This document shows positions 36,988 through 48,230 of a DNA stretch of 64,000 nucleotides, piece after piece. The translations under genes and the position numbers were made by a program. Where the stretch lies: NCBI GenBank assembly GCA_964019335.1, contig OZ025720.1, positions 372,001 to 436,000 on the forward strand. The letters are read 5' to 3'. Source of the stretch: Diplonema japonicum (taxonomy: Eukaryota; Protista; Euglenozoa: Diplonemea). Under the pieces are notes generated by a model. The model was not told the DNA's origin. It did not search any database and worked only from the letters and a program-made list of their open reading frames with translations. How positions within the stretch are numbered: position 1 is the stretch's first letter; each line of letters begins with the position of its first letter.

Positions 36988-37836
36988 TCAGAGTGACTTC
37001 TGCTTCTCGATGACCTGCTGCTCCAGCCAGTCAAGGTTTGCCTTGAAGCCCCACGGATCAGTGGTGGTAGCGTAGTTGTGATCGAAGTTGAAGGACTCGC
37101 AGCCTCCCTCGTAAGCGTAGCAGTGGCTGGCAAGGCCTGAAGAGGTCTGTTTGTCCTGAATGATGTACCAGCCGGACCCAGAGCCGGAGAGGCAGTTGTA
37201 CTGATCGTTGCAGTCGACACCTGTGATGGCAATCTGCTGGGTGCGGACGTTAGCATAGGAGCCTCCGAAGATCTGCTCCGAGGCACCCACGCAGGACCTG
37301 ATCTTGCTCGACGGCAGGTCAAGTTTGTCTTTCGCGAGACACTGCACGAAAGCAGGGACCCCAGGCGGCTGCAGCCTGTCACCCCCAGATGACTCATACA
37401 CACCTGCAATGATGTCGCCAGCATAGTTGCCAGCAAGCGACGTGAGCTGCGCGCCTTGGCTGAAGCCAGACACAACAACGCCCTTCGAGCAATCCACACC
37501 CTGCATCTCGCACAGCACCGAGAGGGCCGACTCCGGGTTCGAGATGTTGAACAACGTGTTTGCCTTGTACTGGAAGTTGCTGCACAGCACCGGGTACACC
37601 TCGCTGTTGTAGTACACGCTGGCACCCACGAAACCCTTCTCCGCCATGTACTTCGTGTACCTTTGCGCGTCGCCGTTCCAGCTGTCCATGCCCGTCCCCG
37701 TGATCCACATGTATACAGGCATTGCATCCCCGCCTGCCGTGAACCCCCTCACATCATACCCACCTGTGTACGAGGTGCTGAACTCGGTGACCTGCGCAGC
37801 CGCGCACATGCTTAGTGCGCTCAGTGCGAAAAGCAT
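36988..37836 (-). CDS. Secreted alpha/beta-hydrolase-like protein (esterase-like)
   Basis: Signal peptide, nucleophile elbow VVSGFSQGA, C-terminal His (ASHCY), several Cys. Confidence 0.75.
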   Translation of the reverse strand: MLFALSALSMCAAAQVTEFSTSYTGGYDVRGFTAGGDAMPVYMWITGTGMDSWNGDAQRYTKYMAEKGFVGASVYYNSEVYPVLCSNFQYKANTLFNISNPESALSVLCEMQGVDCSKGVVVSGFSQGAQLTSLAGNYAGDIIAGVYESSGGDRLQPPGVPAFVQCLAKDKLDLPSSKIRSCVGASEQIFGGSYANVRTQQIAITGVDCNDQYNCLSGSGSGWYIIQDKQTSSGLASHCYAYEGGCESFNFDHNYATTTDPWGFKANLDWLEQQVIEKQKSL

Positions 37837-37991
37837 TTTTTTATAAAAGTTATCTGTAAAAGGAACTAGTCTCGTGCACGGGGAGGGGGGGGGGGGGGGG
37901 GGGGGGGTGAAGATCTACGTATTAGAATTGACTCCTTTACGGAAGTAAACGAAAGTACAAAGATATTCGTAACGTAACTAAAGCGGTGTTC

Positions 37992-40900
37992 TCAGCAGCC
38001 CAAAACAATGTCGAGCTGCTGCTGGAGGAGTTCACAGGGGATCACCTCCTGGCAGTGGAGGCCGCTGTAGCCAGGGTTGCATGCGCATAGACCGTGTTCC
38101 GTACAGGTCCCGTGACCTGAGCAAGATCTGCAAGAGGTTGGTGTGCAGGTGCCCGTAACAGACTTAGAGTAGCCAGGTTTGCAAGCCTTGCAGTTTACAC
38201 CCAGGGCGGGGTCTAGTTCAGAGGCTGGAGTGCAGACACACGTAAAGGTGGCATCGCAGGTGCCCTTTCCGCTGCAAGAACAGTCGTGAGGGTACGCAGC
38301 AAGGGTGCCATCGGATCTTGTCACAAGCAGCCCCTTTGCGGTGTGCGCGACATTCGTCCACACGAAGCTTCTGTTCGAAAGGCTTCTGTCCTTCACTACT
38401 TGCTCCAACTGATATCCGTCACCCGTCAGGCCGTACACAAACACAGCCCCACTCCTTGGACTGCCTTCGACAACCCTGCTCAAGACAGCAAGTTTCTCTT
38501 TATGCATGCTTATCCTACTCCCCCATGCCACAGCCGGCACGGGTGGTGTGATCGCCTGCGTCACCTTCCCACTTGTTCTGCCCAACACCATCACACATCC
38601 CTGCACGGAGACGGCCACCATGTCCCTGTCCATCGCGATGCTGTGTGGGTGCGTGCGCGGCACTGTGTTCGGCATTGTAGCGAATTTAATGTGCCGTGCG
38701 GTATGTGTGTAGTAGGCAGAGGTCTGTGTGGTGACGCACCCGTCGGCAGCCGTGACATATGTCTTCGTGGTACCAGAGGGGTCTTCCCCGTATTGCCCGT
38801 AGCAGTTCCCCTCATGTGTGTAAAGAGCAGACCTATTGGCAGTGCCGCAGTAAGACACAACCAGCTCTGTCGTCTCGTCGGCACATGTCGTGTTGCACTG
38901 TGTGTCCTCCACCTGCAGCCATTCACTGCCATAAGCGTCGCCACAGTAGCACAGTCCACCTTGCAATGCGAACCCTCGGTGGTTCATGCACTGCACACCG
39001 CAGGTCTTCACGGAGTACCCACTGCCCACCAACGTTGAGAAGTCACCTGCCTTGCCGTCACCAAGGTTGTCCACGTAGCACCCACGGTAGGCGACGTTGT
39101 AGCCTGTGTGGACCTCAGCGACAGTGGACGGGCTACTGTAGGAACGGACCGAGCCGACGGTGGTGATGGTGGTGAGGTCTGAGTACTGCTTGCCACAAGC
39201 ATCCCAGCATTGCGTGCAATGTAGTTCCGAGTGTGTCACAGGTATTTTCACCGCCGGGCCATCGCACGCCCTACCCTGGTATGCCAGGAGGTACTCCCCG
39301 AAGTATTCCTCCTCTTCCACCTGCACGTCCTGTTCCATCACTTTTTCCATCATCCTCACTACTCCAGGACCGCTTAATCGCCCTGTTGTTACTTCGACAG
39401 GTCCCCCTTCCCCAGCCATCCCACCGCCCAGTCGCACACTGCCCTCCCACTTGCCTTGCCCACCGCAGCTCACCATTTCCCCTCCGCTCCTCAGCACTAC
39501 AATACCTTCGCCTTCAGCAATGTCCCACACATAGTGCACAGCCAGCACGAATGGCACGCCCACCACCATTCTGTACGGCAGGATGCATTCGCGCAAGCCG
39601 CCTATCTTGCATGTGACGTCATCCTGATCAGGTCTGTAAAGGCAATAACTAGAAGAGCCACTTACAAGGTGCACACCGCCACCCGTCCAGTCATCAGAGC
39701 GGTATAACACAAAGCGTGCAACAACGACAGCCTCGACAGGGGCTTCGAAGGTAACTAGGATAGGCCCTGCCGTGCCGTTAAGCGACACCGGGTGGCGGTT
39801 GGAGACCTGCGCCGATGAATGGGGCACGAGGGGCTTTTCACGTGCTGCGGGACGGGATGGGAGAGCCGTATTCCACAGTAGCACAAGTTTGGCTGCATCG
39901 TCTGTACTTACGAAGAGCTTGTAATAACTAAGAGTCGGGATGGAGGATGCGTGCAGGACGGCAATGCCCCCGTCGTGGGATGCCACTGCAGTGCTTGGGC
40001 TGACGGCAATGCTCTGCAGCAGCTCTGTGCTTCCAGTTAGTCTATACAGATGCAGCTGTGCATCATCCTGCACCACAAGGTATGTCAACTGCTTTGCCGT
40101 AGCAACATGCACTGTCTTCCCAAAGCTGCCACCAGTTCCACGCGGCGGGTGGATGCGCTCTGTCAACCTCCATGCACCGTCGGATCTCTTGAACCGCAGC
40201 ACGCTGCCTGAGCCTGTGGTTGGCACCGACGTGAACAGGTCATCACACGTGCGCAACGCCACAGACACCCCGAAGCCAGACCGCCACAACGCAGTGCATC
40301 CGACGCCGGCCATCAATGCAGGTGCAGCGCCCCACGCAGACACCTTGCCGTCGCGCAGCATCCTTGCGCTGTCCAAGCTCATGGCACTGTCCCACAGGAA
40401 CACATCTTTGAAGCGCATGTCCCTCCAGCTTCCAGCGGACACTCCATCCCATCCGGGGTAGCAGTAGTAGGTACCTGCGTCAGGAAGCCGCATCAACGCA
40501 GTGCCCGCCTCCTGCCCATCGACTACGATGGTAGCTCGCTCTACGGGGTGTCTGCGGTGCAATACTGCAACGTGATGCCAGCTCGAAGGGCTGATTCCGC
40601 TCCCAGTAACTAGCGACTGTGTGTCGTTCATGAAGTTCTGGTTCACAACTTCGTACTTCAGAAGGTCGGCCCCCGGCACGAACCTCACAGTGAAGAGTGG
40701 ACCTACTCGCGTGCTGCACGATACTAAGTGCTCCCATCCAGTGACGTTCTGCTTGATATACACCCACGCAGCCATTGCCACGCCAGTGCCTGTGGACAGC
40801 TCTATGGCCTCTCCAAGTGCTACAGGTGTGGTGATAGTGCCTTCCAGAGTGCACACGTCATTGTCTGTCTTGTTGCCGCCGCGTACCGTATGGTTCCAAG

Positions 40901-43900
40901 CTCCTGTGCCTGCACCCACTCCTGTGCCGTCAAGGTGGATTGTCTCTACCGCCCACTGATCATCTTCCCACCGGAATTGTGTGAGAGAAGGCAACGGAGG
41001 AGAGTGGAGGGTTGCACAAGAGCCATGGTTCATCAGCCTCGGCTCCTTCCTGTTCACTAACATTCCAACATCGACCAGCACAGGCTCGGGGGTTATCACA
41101 TGTACTTCATGGGGAAGGCCTGTCGTGCTGTCATCAACAAGGCCCAGACGGGTACCATAACTCCAGATCACCGCCCTCCCTACACCGATGCCGCCCAGCA
41201 TGCCATGGCTGCCGTCAACCTTCTTGACAGCAAAGCCAGCATGAGACATGGTCTCGACATGGCGGAGGGCACCTTGCGTGCGTTTGAGGTATATGACACC
41301 CACCCCACACGACAGGTAGATGTGATGCACAGACTGCTTCTGCGCGCCACCCTTGTTCGTTACGGTGCATGAGGTGCACGTCGGGGTTTGGAACTCGTCT
41401 ACCCTCGTGACGGCTGTCCTCTTGACACGGTAGATAAGCAGCCAGTTCCTCTTCAGGACAACCACCAGAGTACCATCGTCGCTGACTGCAACGTCTGTGC
41501 CTAGCACAGTCTCGGTGTAAATGCACCTGCCGTTCAGCCAGATCATTAGCTCGTTGCCCGTTGTGACAGCTGCGGCGACGGCAAGTTTCGCAGAGATGAA
41601 CCTTACATCGTCAGTGAGGTGCCGTCCGAGGTGCCACCCGCCCTGCACAACTCGCCACATTGTCATGCTCCCGCCACTTGCATGCGTTTGGATGCCCACC
41701 TGCATGGCAGGGTAGCCTGTGTACGTTACAGGCACCCATCGCACGTACCTGACATGCACCGTCACCAGTTGCCACACCATGCTGTCGAAGAGGCCTATTC
41801 TGTGCCACCCTTCTTCTGTGTGGTTTCGAACCAACAAAACATAACTATTGACCTGCTGCACCAAGTCACCAGGCCTCCCGACGGTCTTCACGTTGTGCAC
41901 GTACGTCACGACACCTAGGTCTGCCTCAAGCCACTCAGTGGGGTCCGCAGTGGCGGGGCACCAGGCACCTATACTGCCCAGATATGAATCATCAAGGGAG
42001 CACCCTACATCGCCACTGAGTACCGACGAGGCACTGAAACCAATGCGCCCTACATCAAGCTCCTTGACGCTTGTCGACTGGTCAGCTATGTACAGGTACT
42101 GCGGCGTCAGCCTAACTATTGGTGGCGCAGACGCCACAGGCGTCACGATGTGGGCCTTCACGTCAACGACGGCAGACGGTGAAACACTTTCAAAGTTATG
42201 CAACGCAAGGTGTTTTGTGAGAAGAGGCGGGCTGAAGGAGAAGGTCGACGTGTACGGGGGCGTTGCTGTAGCGGACATATAAAACCTCTTGCGGGTGCCG
42301 CCTTCGTAGTACGGTGTGAGGCCTGCCAAGGAACCCGAGGTACCTACGCTGATGCTGAAGGACTGCAGCCAGCAATCGTCGTCCTTGCATAGCCCGCTGT
42401 GAACCGTGATACTTGTAACCTGTTGCAACGTACCAAAGTCCAGCCCCAGTACAGCAGAAGGATCACTTGTTGCGACTCGTGCAGCAGAACCCGGCGACGT
42501 TCCGTTTGTTGTGACGCCCCAATAACTGACCTCCGCTTGCACCCGCCGCAGCACAGGCAGCTCTTGTGTTTTGTACCATGCTTCGTCCGATTGTTTTGTG
42601 AACAAGCGAACAACACTGGTGGCTGACAGGGCCACTGTAGAGTTGCTCAGGGAAATCGAGGACGTTGCTTCTGCTTCAGGGAGGTCCCATCCAGAGGGGG
42701 CAGCTTCAAGGCCCCACTCGTCAACAGCCACCTCACGCAGTGCATCAGGAAGCATTTCCCAAGCACCATCAGCAGAGCGCTTTGCAAGGAAAGCCTCGTG
42801 GTGACTGCCGAGACCATAAGGGGCACCGACAAAACCACAGTACTGCTCATCGAGTGACAGGGCACCTACCCCGGTGTTGTGAAACAACATTGACGCAGGT
42901 GTCGCTGTGAGGTGCTGAGACCAGGCAGGCATGCTTGGGGGGACGGGCGTGCCCATGCTGTACAGCCCAGACACCTCATCTTCGATGCCTGCCCCCTGCA
43001 GGACGAGGATGTCGTCGATGAGTCCCGTGAAGCCGCCGCAGTTAGAGAGGCAGTCGGGGCGCAACATGCCCACCGCGAGCTTGCTGCTTCGGAACACCTT
43101 CAAAGAACTTAGCACGGGTAACCACCTGCGATCCTCCAGCACCCCGTTCACGTGGAGACCGATTGAATTCGCAGCCACGAAGCATGCGACGTGTGCCTTC
43201 ACCGTTCCCGTCACCACTGTGGTGGACATTAGTATATAAGACGCAACCGTGCACACCACAGTGCCGTTACGCTTCAAGCGCACCGAATACGCACCAGGTA
43301 TGTTAACTAGCGTCATCTCCGTGCTGTTCACTGTTGGCAGAACCCACATAGCAGCTACAAATGGTTTGGACACAAGCCGTGTTGCTTCCAGTGGTACAGT
43401 GAACCCGTTTCCCCGCAACTCGATTCCCGAAGGTCTTATGACGGGTGCGGGGCTCGTCGTGCGGGCGTGAGCTCGATTATGGCTTCTATCCCTTAGCGAC
43501 CCTCTGTACCACACAGCTAGAGGAAGTTTGTAACTACTGGCAACAGTTGCTTGCAAGGGATCCTGCTGTGCTATCACAGAGACCTGTCTCTCCGAGAGAA
43601 CTTTGTCAAACACACGCACGTCCTTCATCCAGCCAGCAAGCCCCTTCAACAGCCCAGTTGCGTCGCTGTACACACCGCCCACTGTCACCCACCTGTCCGA
43701 TGTCCACATGCTGTTAGCTACGTCACCGCCAGTGTCGAAGGAGCACATGTGTAAGAGGTCCCCGTCCACGAAGAAGGATCCTGTGCGATCGGTGCCTGAA
43801 TACACCCATGCCAGGTGGTGCCATTCCATGGGAATGATTGACGCTGTTGCCGTGCAGGTTTCATTCGCAGCACCTGAGAAGTCCAGAATCAAGTCGTCCA

Positions 43901-46145
43901 TTGTACCGGTGGGGGTGACAGTGAAGGTGAAGCCCGTCAGGCCAAACAACGTCTGCTGCCGTGTGATGCTTCCGTCTAGCATGATCCACGTTGTGAATGT
44001 TAGGGACTTACGGAAGTACTTTTTAAAAACATCAGCAGGTGCCACTTTGACACCACCGGCACCTGCTAGTTCCAATACGCCGAGCGCAGCCTTCGCGTCA
44101 CCCACCACTTGTCCTGCTACGTTCCGCCGTTCTGAGATGTCGGCAGCAGAGCCGTACACGCCGAAGTCCGCTCGCCAGACTTCCCTCTGCCACATGTCAG
44201 TGGCCCAGCTATCGAAGCTGGGAGTTCTCGCTGACGGTGTAATGAGGACCTCGCCCACCATGCCCCTGTACTCCATGTCCGCACGGCATGTGACGCTCCA
44301 CGAGGTGCAGTTCGTGTCCAAAGCACCGCCGACCACGAAGGGGTGCTCGGCCGCAGGGACGAGAGAGTGGAGGGAGGGCACGTGCTTGCACGATCCCACG
44401 AGCTCTTCGCCGTTGTAAATAGCTGTTCCTTCCAGAGACAACGCAACACTCAAGTGTGTCCATTTGAAAGGGCTGATCGTTGTGTTTGCATAGCAGCTCT
44501 GCCCCCCAGTCCTCGTGACCACCGACTGGCCGTGTCCGCCCACTGCAACCATGAACACCCATTGCGGCACTGTGCTATCCTGCATAGACAAAACCACCAT
44601 GGGTTCGCTCGAGATAGCAGGCTTCACCCACATTTCAAGAGTGACCTGCTGCGCCTTCCTTAGTACATTCCACTTGCTGCCGATGTAGGCAGGCGTAACT
44701 ATGCGTCCTTCTGCTGAAAATGCTACGGCAGACTTTCCTTCAAATGATGCACCCGTCACAGTGCCATGGGGCGTCCCGTGCAGCCCGTACTGGGAGCTGT
44801 CCCTCCCGACACCAGTCCCGTACTCACTGTTCTTTTCAAAGGTCATGTGCAAGAAGCTCCCTTCTGGTTCCGGTAGTCTGTAGATGTTTACATTCTCCAA
44901 CATGATGCCTTGCAGAGCTGCAGCAGGCAGAGCTTCGGAGTAGACCCTCGCTTCATCGATGCCACGCATGGCACCCAGAGGGCCTATGGTGAGAGTAGAA
45001 GGGTAAGTGAAGAGCATGGGGTGCGATGTAGCCAGAGAACACTGTGCAGCGAGGACAGTGTTGACGTAGATACTTGTGCGGAGGGTCGTCACAACCACCG
45101 CTATGAACCACCACCCCGGGGTCAAAGAGCGCCCCTTCGCGGTGCAGGTCCGGAACCCAGTAACGGCAACCTCTGCAGAGTCTACAATAGACACTTTCAG
45201 CAGCGTTGTGGCGTTCGATGCGACCTGCCACAGCACAGACTCGCCTTGCGAAGGCTGCAAGGAGTACCACCATGCCGTCACTGTCATCGGTGATCCTTCT
45301 TGGAACCCCCATTGGTAGTACTCTAGCCCGCCACCGTCCCACACGACAGACGTGTTGCTGCTTTGGTACCCCGACAGCCCTTGCAGTGCGTGTGCCTTGG
45401 TGTACGCATCGTCCTGGTTGGCTGTCAGCGTGCGCCCGTTGCCAGAGACGTCGTAAACAGTGGTGGCTGTGGTGTCGAAGACCCAGTGCGCGGCGAGCTG
45501 CGCTTCTCCTTCGGGGTACCCCACCGTGCCATGCGAGAAGTCCAAGGGGGGGATGCTGTTCTGCATTGCGAAGGTGTCAATGGTCGCAGTGGAACCGCCC
45601 TCGAGAAGTGTGAACCAAGTAACTAAGGGCGCTGCATCGCTCGGGGCGATGAGACAAGTGGTGGCTTCTTCATTTGCGTAGATAGTTGTCGCATGCTGGT
45701 GCCTGTGGAGGGTGAGCTTTGTCCAGCTCTTGGGAACAAGGGTGCCTGCGGTGCACTCTCGGGCAGAAAGGTGACGTGCGTAGAGCTTGTCGTCGAGGAT
45801 TCCGACCTGCGTCCCATCCGACGTATGGAAGAGCACCACCCTCTCCCTCTCTGCGGACAGCGTGTCTGGATACACCCACATCGAGACGGAGTAGCCTTGC
45901 GAGGTGTCCATGGCACCGTGCGCTGCAAAGGAGCATGTCACTTGCGAGCCGTTCCCTTCCATTTGCAGACCGTACCCGGCCACACCGATGCCTCTCGTAC
46001 GGTCCCTGTTCCCCCATGATTTCAGACACACGGCCCTCCCCTTGGCATCCCCTATGACGCCCGTTCTGTCAGGCTCTTCGAATTCTAGCAGCACGTTTGT
46101 TTCGGACCACCCCACTACGAGGATGACCCATATCGCAGCGAACAT
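37992..46145 (-). CDS. Giant secreted multi-domain protein: LamG/ConA-like repeats, F5/8 discoidin, WSC and EGF-like domains
   Basis: 2717-aa ORF with signal peptide; repeated SMWV..WHHLA..YVDG..IDE-type LamG motifs; EWLEADLG..VRYVR (F5/8C); YRGCYVD..CYCG..CG (WSC); C-terminal CSGKGTC/CSGHGTC EGF units. Confidence 0.85.
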   Translation of the reverse strand: MFAAIWVILVVGWSETNVLLEFEEPDRTGVIGDAKGRAVCLKSWGNRDRTRGIGVAGYGLQMEGNGSQVTCSFAAHGAMDTSQGYSVSMWVYPDTLSAERERVVLFHTSDGTQVGILDDKLYARHLSARECTAGTLVPKSWTKLTLHRHQHATTIYANEEATTCLIAPSDAAPLVTWFTLLEGGSTATIDTFAMQNSIPPLDFSHGTVGYPEGEAQLAAHWVFDTTATTVYDVSGNGRTLTANQDDAYTKAHALQGLSGYQSSNTSVVWDGGGLEYYQWGFQEGSPMTVTAWWYSLQPSQGESVLWQVASNATTLLKVSIVDSAEVAVTGFRTCTAKGRSLTPGWWFIAVVVTTLRTSIYVNTVLAAQCSLATSHPMLFTYPSTLTIGPLGAMRGIDEARVYSEALPAAALQGIMLENVNIYRLPEPEGSFLHMTFEKNSEYGTGVGRDSSQYGLHGTPHGTVTGASFEGKSAVAFSAEGRIVTPAYIGSKWNVLRKAQQVTLEMWVKPAISSEPMVVLSMQDSTVPQWVFMVAVGGHGQSVVTRTGGQSCYANTTISPFKWTHLSVALSLEGTAIYNGEELVGSCKHVPSLHSLVPAAEHPFVVGGALDTNCTSWSVTCRADMEYRGMVGEVLITPSARTPSFDSWATDMWQREVWRADFGVYGSAADISERRNVAGQVVGDAKAALGVLELAGAGGVKVAPADVFKKYFRKSLTFTTWIMLDGSITRQQTLFGLTGFTFTVTPTGTMDDLILDFSGAANETCTATASIIPMEWHHLAWVYSGTDRTGSFFVDGDLLHMCSFDTGGDVANSMWTSDRWVTVGGVYSDATGLLKGLAGWMKDVRVFDKVLSERQVSVIAQQDPLQATVASSYKLPLAVWYRGSLRDRSHNRAHARTTSPAPVIRPSGIELRGNGFTVPLEATRLVSKPFVAAMWVLPTVNSTEMTLVNIPGAYSVRLKRNGTVVCTVASYILMSTTVVTGTVKAHVACFVAANSIGLHVNGVLEDRRWLPVLSSLKVFRSSKLAVGMLRPDCLSNCGGFTGLIDDILVLQGAGIEDEVSGLYSMGTPVPPSMPAWSQHLTATPASMLFHNTGVGALSLDEQYCGFVGAPYGLGSHHEAFLAKRSADGAWEMLPDALREVAVDEWGLEAAPSGWDLPEAEATSSISLSNSTVALSATSVVRLFTKQSDEAWYKTQELPVLRRVQAEVSYWGVTTNGTSPGSAARVATSDPSAVLGLDFGTLQQVTSITVHSGLCKDDDCWLQSFSISVGTSGSLAGLTPYYEGGTRKRFYMSATATPPYTSTFSFSPPLLTKHLALHNFESVSPSAVVDVKAHIVTPVASAPPIVRLTPQYLYIADQSTSVKELDVGRIGFSASSVLSGDVGCSLDDSYLGSIGAWCPATADPTEWLEADLGVVTYVHNVKTVGRPGDLVQQVNSYVLLVRNHTEEGWHRIGLFDSMVWQLVTVHVRYVRWVPVTYTGYPAMQVGIQTHASGGSMTMWRVVQGGWHLGRHLTDDVRFISAKLAVAAAVTTGNELMIWLNGRCIYTETVLGTDVAVSDDGTLVVVLKRNWLLIYRVKRTAVTRVDEFQTPTCTSCTVTNKGGAQKQSVHHIYLSCGVGVIYLKRTQGALRHVETMSHAGFAVKKVDGSHGMLGGIGVGRAVIWSYGTRLGLVDDSTTGLPHEVHVITPEPVLVDVGMLVNRKEPRLMNHGSCATLHSPPLPSLTQFRWEDDQWAVETIHLDGTGVGAGTGAWNHTVRGGNKTDNDVCTLEGTITTPVALGEAIELSTGTGVAMAAWVYIKQNVTGWEHLVSCSTRVGPLFTVRFVPGADLLKYEVVNQNFMNDTQSLVTGSGISPSSWHHVAVLHRRHPVERATIVVDGQEAGTALMRLPDAGTYYCYPGWDGVSAGSWRDMRFKDVFLWDSAMSLDSARMLRDGKVSAWGAAPALMAGVGCTALWRSGFGVSVALRTCDDLFTSVPTTGSGSVLRFKRSDGAWRLTERIHPPRGTGGSFGKTVHVATAKQLTYLVVQDDAQLHLYRLTGSTELLQSIAVSPSTAVASHDGGIAVLHASSIPTLSYYKLFVSTDDAAKLVLLWNTALPSRPAAREKPLVPHSSAQVSNRHPVSLNGTAGPILVTFEAPVEAVVVARFVLYRSDDWTGGGVHLVSGSSSYCLYRPDQDDVTCKIGGLRECILPYRMVVGVPFVLAVHYVWDIAEGEGIVVLRSGGEMVSCGGQGKWEGSVRLGGGMAGEGGPVEVTTGRLSGPGVVRMMEKVMEQDVQVEEEEYFGEYLLAYQGRACDGPAVKIPVTHSELHCTQCWDACGKQYSDLTTITTVGSVRSYSSPSTVAEVHTGYNVAYRGCYVDNLGDGKAGDFSTLVGSGYSVKTCGVQCMNHRGFALQGGLCYCGDAYGSEWLQVEDTQCNTTCADETTELVVSYCGTANRSALYTHEGNCYGQYGEDPSGTTKTYVTAADGCVTTQTSAYYTHTARHIKFATMPNTVPRTHPHSIAMDRDMVAVSVQGCVMVLGRTSGKVTQAITPPVPAVAWGSRISMHKEKLAVLSRVVEGSPRSGAVFVYGLTGDGYQLEQVVKDRSLSNRSFVWTNVAHTAKGLLVTRSDGTLAAYPHDCSCSGKGTCDATFTCVCTPASELDPALGVNCKACKPGYSKSVTGTCTPTSCRSCSGHGTCTEHGLCACNPGYSGLHCQEVIPCELLQQQLDIVLGC

Positions 46146-46605
46146 CCTATGTGGGTCTAAGCGGGAGGTGGCAATTAATAATAATTAAAAAAAAAAACAA
46201 AGAAGTTTCCGACGATGTAGAACAGACAAATAAATAAAAAAAGGAGAATTGCATTCGAACCCATGAAAGGCAGGAGCGCGTTACGTTTTAGGTCTAGCTG
46301 AGATGAACCCCTTCACGGGTGTAGATGGTCTGCTCGTCAATGATTTGGTGCTTGCCTGTCCAGGGGTTGTAGCTTGTGATGAGTCGATGACGCGTACGTG
46401 CCCATCCCTTTTTGCCGTGGAAACCCGACCTCGCAGTAGCACAGGTTCATCAAAAAAAAAAAGGTCCTTGTTGGGTCCCTAGAAGAGAACTGCACCACAG
46501 TCCGTGCGCAGAAACGCAGAGATGGAATCGATGGAAACGAGAGGGACAGAGAGATAGAATTGGATGGCAGCGGGGGGGGGGGGGGGGGGGGGGGGAGTTA
46601 AGACG

Positions 46606-47145
46606 CTAACGACGGAGGCTGCCTTGGAAGAGGGAGAGATACGCCATCCACACGGCTCCCGAGAGCACCATGAAGGTGACACGGTGGTGTGCAGGGATTG
46701 CCATGAAGTTGATTGTCCCGCTGACGCCCCAGAACATAATGCCGTTGCGCCACAGGATGGGTGCTTTGGCAGAAGCGGTGGTGGTGATGGCTGTGAGGTC
46801 AGGCTCTGTTCCCTTCATGAGAGCAGTCAAGATTTGCGTGAACGAGAGGAAGAACATATTCACAGGAAGGCCTGTGATGATAGCTGTGCCGACGCCTTTT
46901 GCCAGCGAGGGGATCAACGTCTTCCCTGGCAGAACCTTATCAGCCACTCTGTACCACTCTGCATAGAAGGGAGCACTGAAGCCACCGACGAACATCATCA
47001 GCACAGCTCCTCTTACCTTGTCGTATTCGAAGGAAGCGCTGGTCCCTCCTTCTCTAGTGTGCTGCGCCCTCTGCACGAGGAAGTCAGCAGTACCCATAAT
47101 GCCCACGCCCTTCGCCATGCTGCTCAGATAACGCCGGGATGCCAT
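46606..47145 (-). CDS. Mpv17/PMP22 family membrane protein
   Basis: GTADFLVQ, YDKVR, WY, FWG...INFMAIPAHHRV..W.AYLS pattern with four hydrophobic segments. Confidence 0.85.
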   Translation of the reverse strand: MASRRYLSSMAKGVGIMGTADFLVQRAQHTREGGTSASFEYDKVRGAVLMMFVGGFSAPFYAEWYRVADKVLPGKTLIPSLAKGVGTAIITGLPVNMFFLSFTQILTALMKGTEPDLTAITTTASAKAPILWRNGIMFWGVSGTINFMAIPAHHRVTFMVLSGAVWMAYLSLFQGSLRR

Positions 47146-47357
47146 TTGGGGTTTTGCTTTAATTCACCTGACGAAGCTCAGAGTTCACTACGGGAAGGGA
47201 AGAATATAAAAAAAAAACCCTTTTTAAGCGTGCAACGAGTCGGACCGTGCAGGCGGGTGGAGAGGAAGAGTACATAGTGTCAGAAGAATGGGGGGAAAAA
47301 AAAAATAATAACATCTCTCTCAAAGAAAAAAAAGAGGGGGGGGGAGGTATGCCTTCG

Positions 47358-48230
47358 TTACAATTCATTATCTTTTTGTGACCACCTGTCACTAGCGGTG
47401 CTTTGCTCATCAGAAGGGTAAGGGGCCACTCTCACGTACCCGTCCTCACCCGAGAGCCAGGTCACGAGGTTAGTCCTCGTGCCACTCTCGAGCTGCAGTG
47501 CTGCGTGTTTATGCATGCCTCTGTGGATCAATGTCACACCTACTGTGGAAGGTAGCACCCCTACGCCGTGTGGTCCTGAAAAGGAAATGTTACCTCCTGT
47601 AAAAGTTTCCCCTATGCATGTGTTGAAGGTAAGGGAGGATGCATCTGCGTGCCTTGAAAGCTGGGTGTCATCCCCTAGTCTGTACCTGATTACAAAGGTA
47701 TATTCTTGCCTAGTATCTGGCCTAGAGATGTATTCTTGAAACAATAACATTGCTATCGGGGCTAAGTACTTTTCGCGAAGGAATTCGAAGGCCTGTTTCA
47801 ACCCAATATCTTCTGCTATAACGCCGAACCTGTTCATCCCATTTGGTCTTCTAGTGGGAATGCCGGAACTTTGAATGTTGTCCAGCTCTTCTGAGAAGTT
47901 CTTGAAAAAACTTTCGGTAAATATTTTCGCACTGTAGACCCCTTCTACACTCGTTTCGTGTAATATGGCGTGCAGTGCTTTCTCGTCACCTGCCTCAACT
48001 GCAGTTCTAATCTCGTGTTTCACATAGTTGTCGATACCTAAATCATACAGTGCTTCATGGTATCTTCCCCACTCTTTGTGTGCTTCTTTCAAAAGTTGTT
48101 TATTTGCTCTCCAAAACTCATCCCCTTCGTCTTCCCCATTTGCAGTAGCCGTCGGAGTGGGGGGGCGCAACCTTTGTGCCCTATCCAGGCTACTTCCAAA
48201 GACACAAAATGCAGCAATCACGATAAACAT
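47358..48230 (-). CDS. 2-oxoglutarate/Fe(II) oxygenase (OGFOD2/PLOD-like)
   Basis: RPNGMNRFG, HADAS (HxD), FTGG, HRGMHKHAA (distal His), R.NLVTW. Confidence 0.85.
   Translation of the reverse strand: MFIVIAAFCVFGSSLDRAQRLRPPTPTATANGEDEGDEFWRANKQLLKEAHKEWGRYHEALYDLGIDNYVKHEIRTAVEAGDEKALHAILHETSVEGVYSAKIFTESFFKNFSEELDNIQSSGIPTRRPNGMNRFGVIAEDIGLKQAFEFLREKYLAPIAMLLFQEYISRPDTRQEYTFVIRYRLGDDTQLSRHADASSLTFNTCIGETFTGGNISFSGPHGVGVLPSTVGVTLIHRGMHKHAALQLESGTRTNLVTWLSGEDGYVRVAPYPSDEQSTASDRWSQKDNEL

Noticed and set aside
46294-46450. Possible small exon (…LITSYNPWTGKHQIIDEQ…), faintly like ribosomal protein bL33
   Set aside because: No in-frame start or convincing upstream exon found; similarity too weak.
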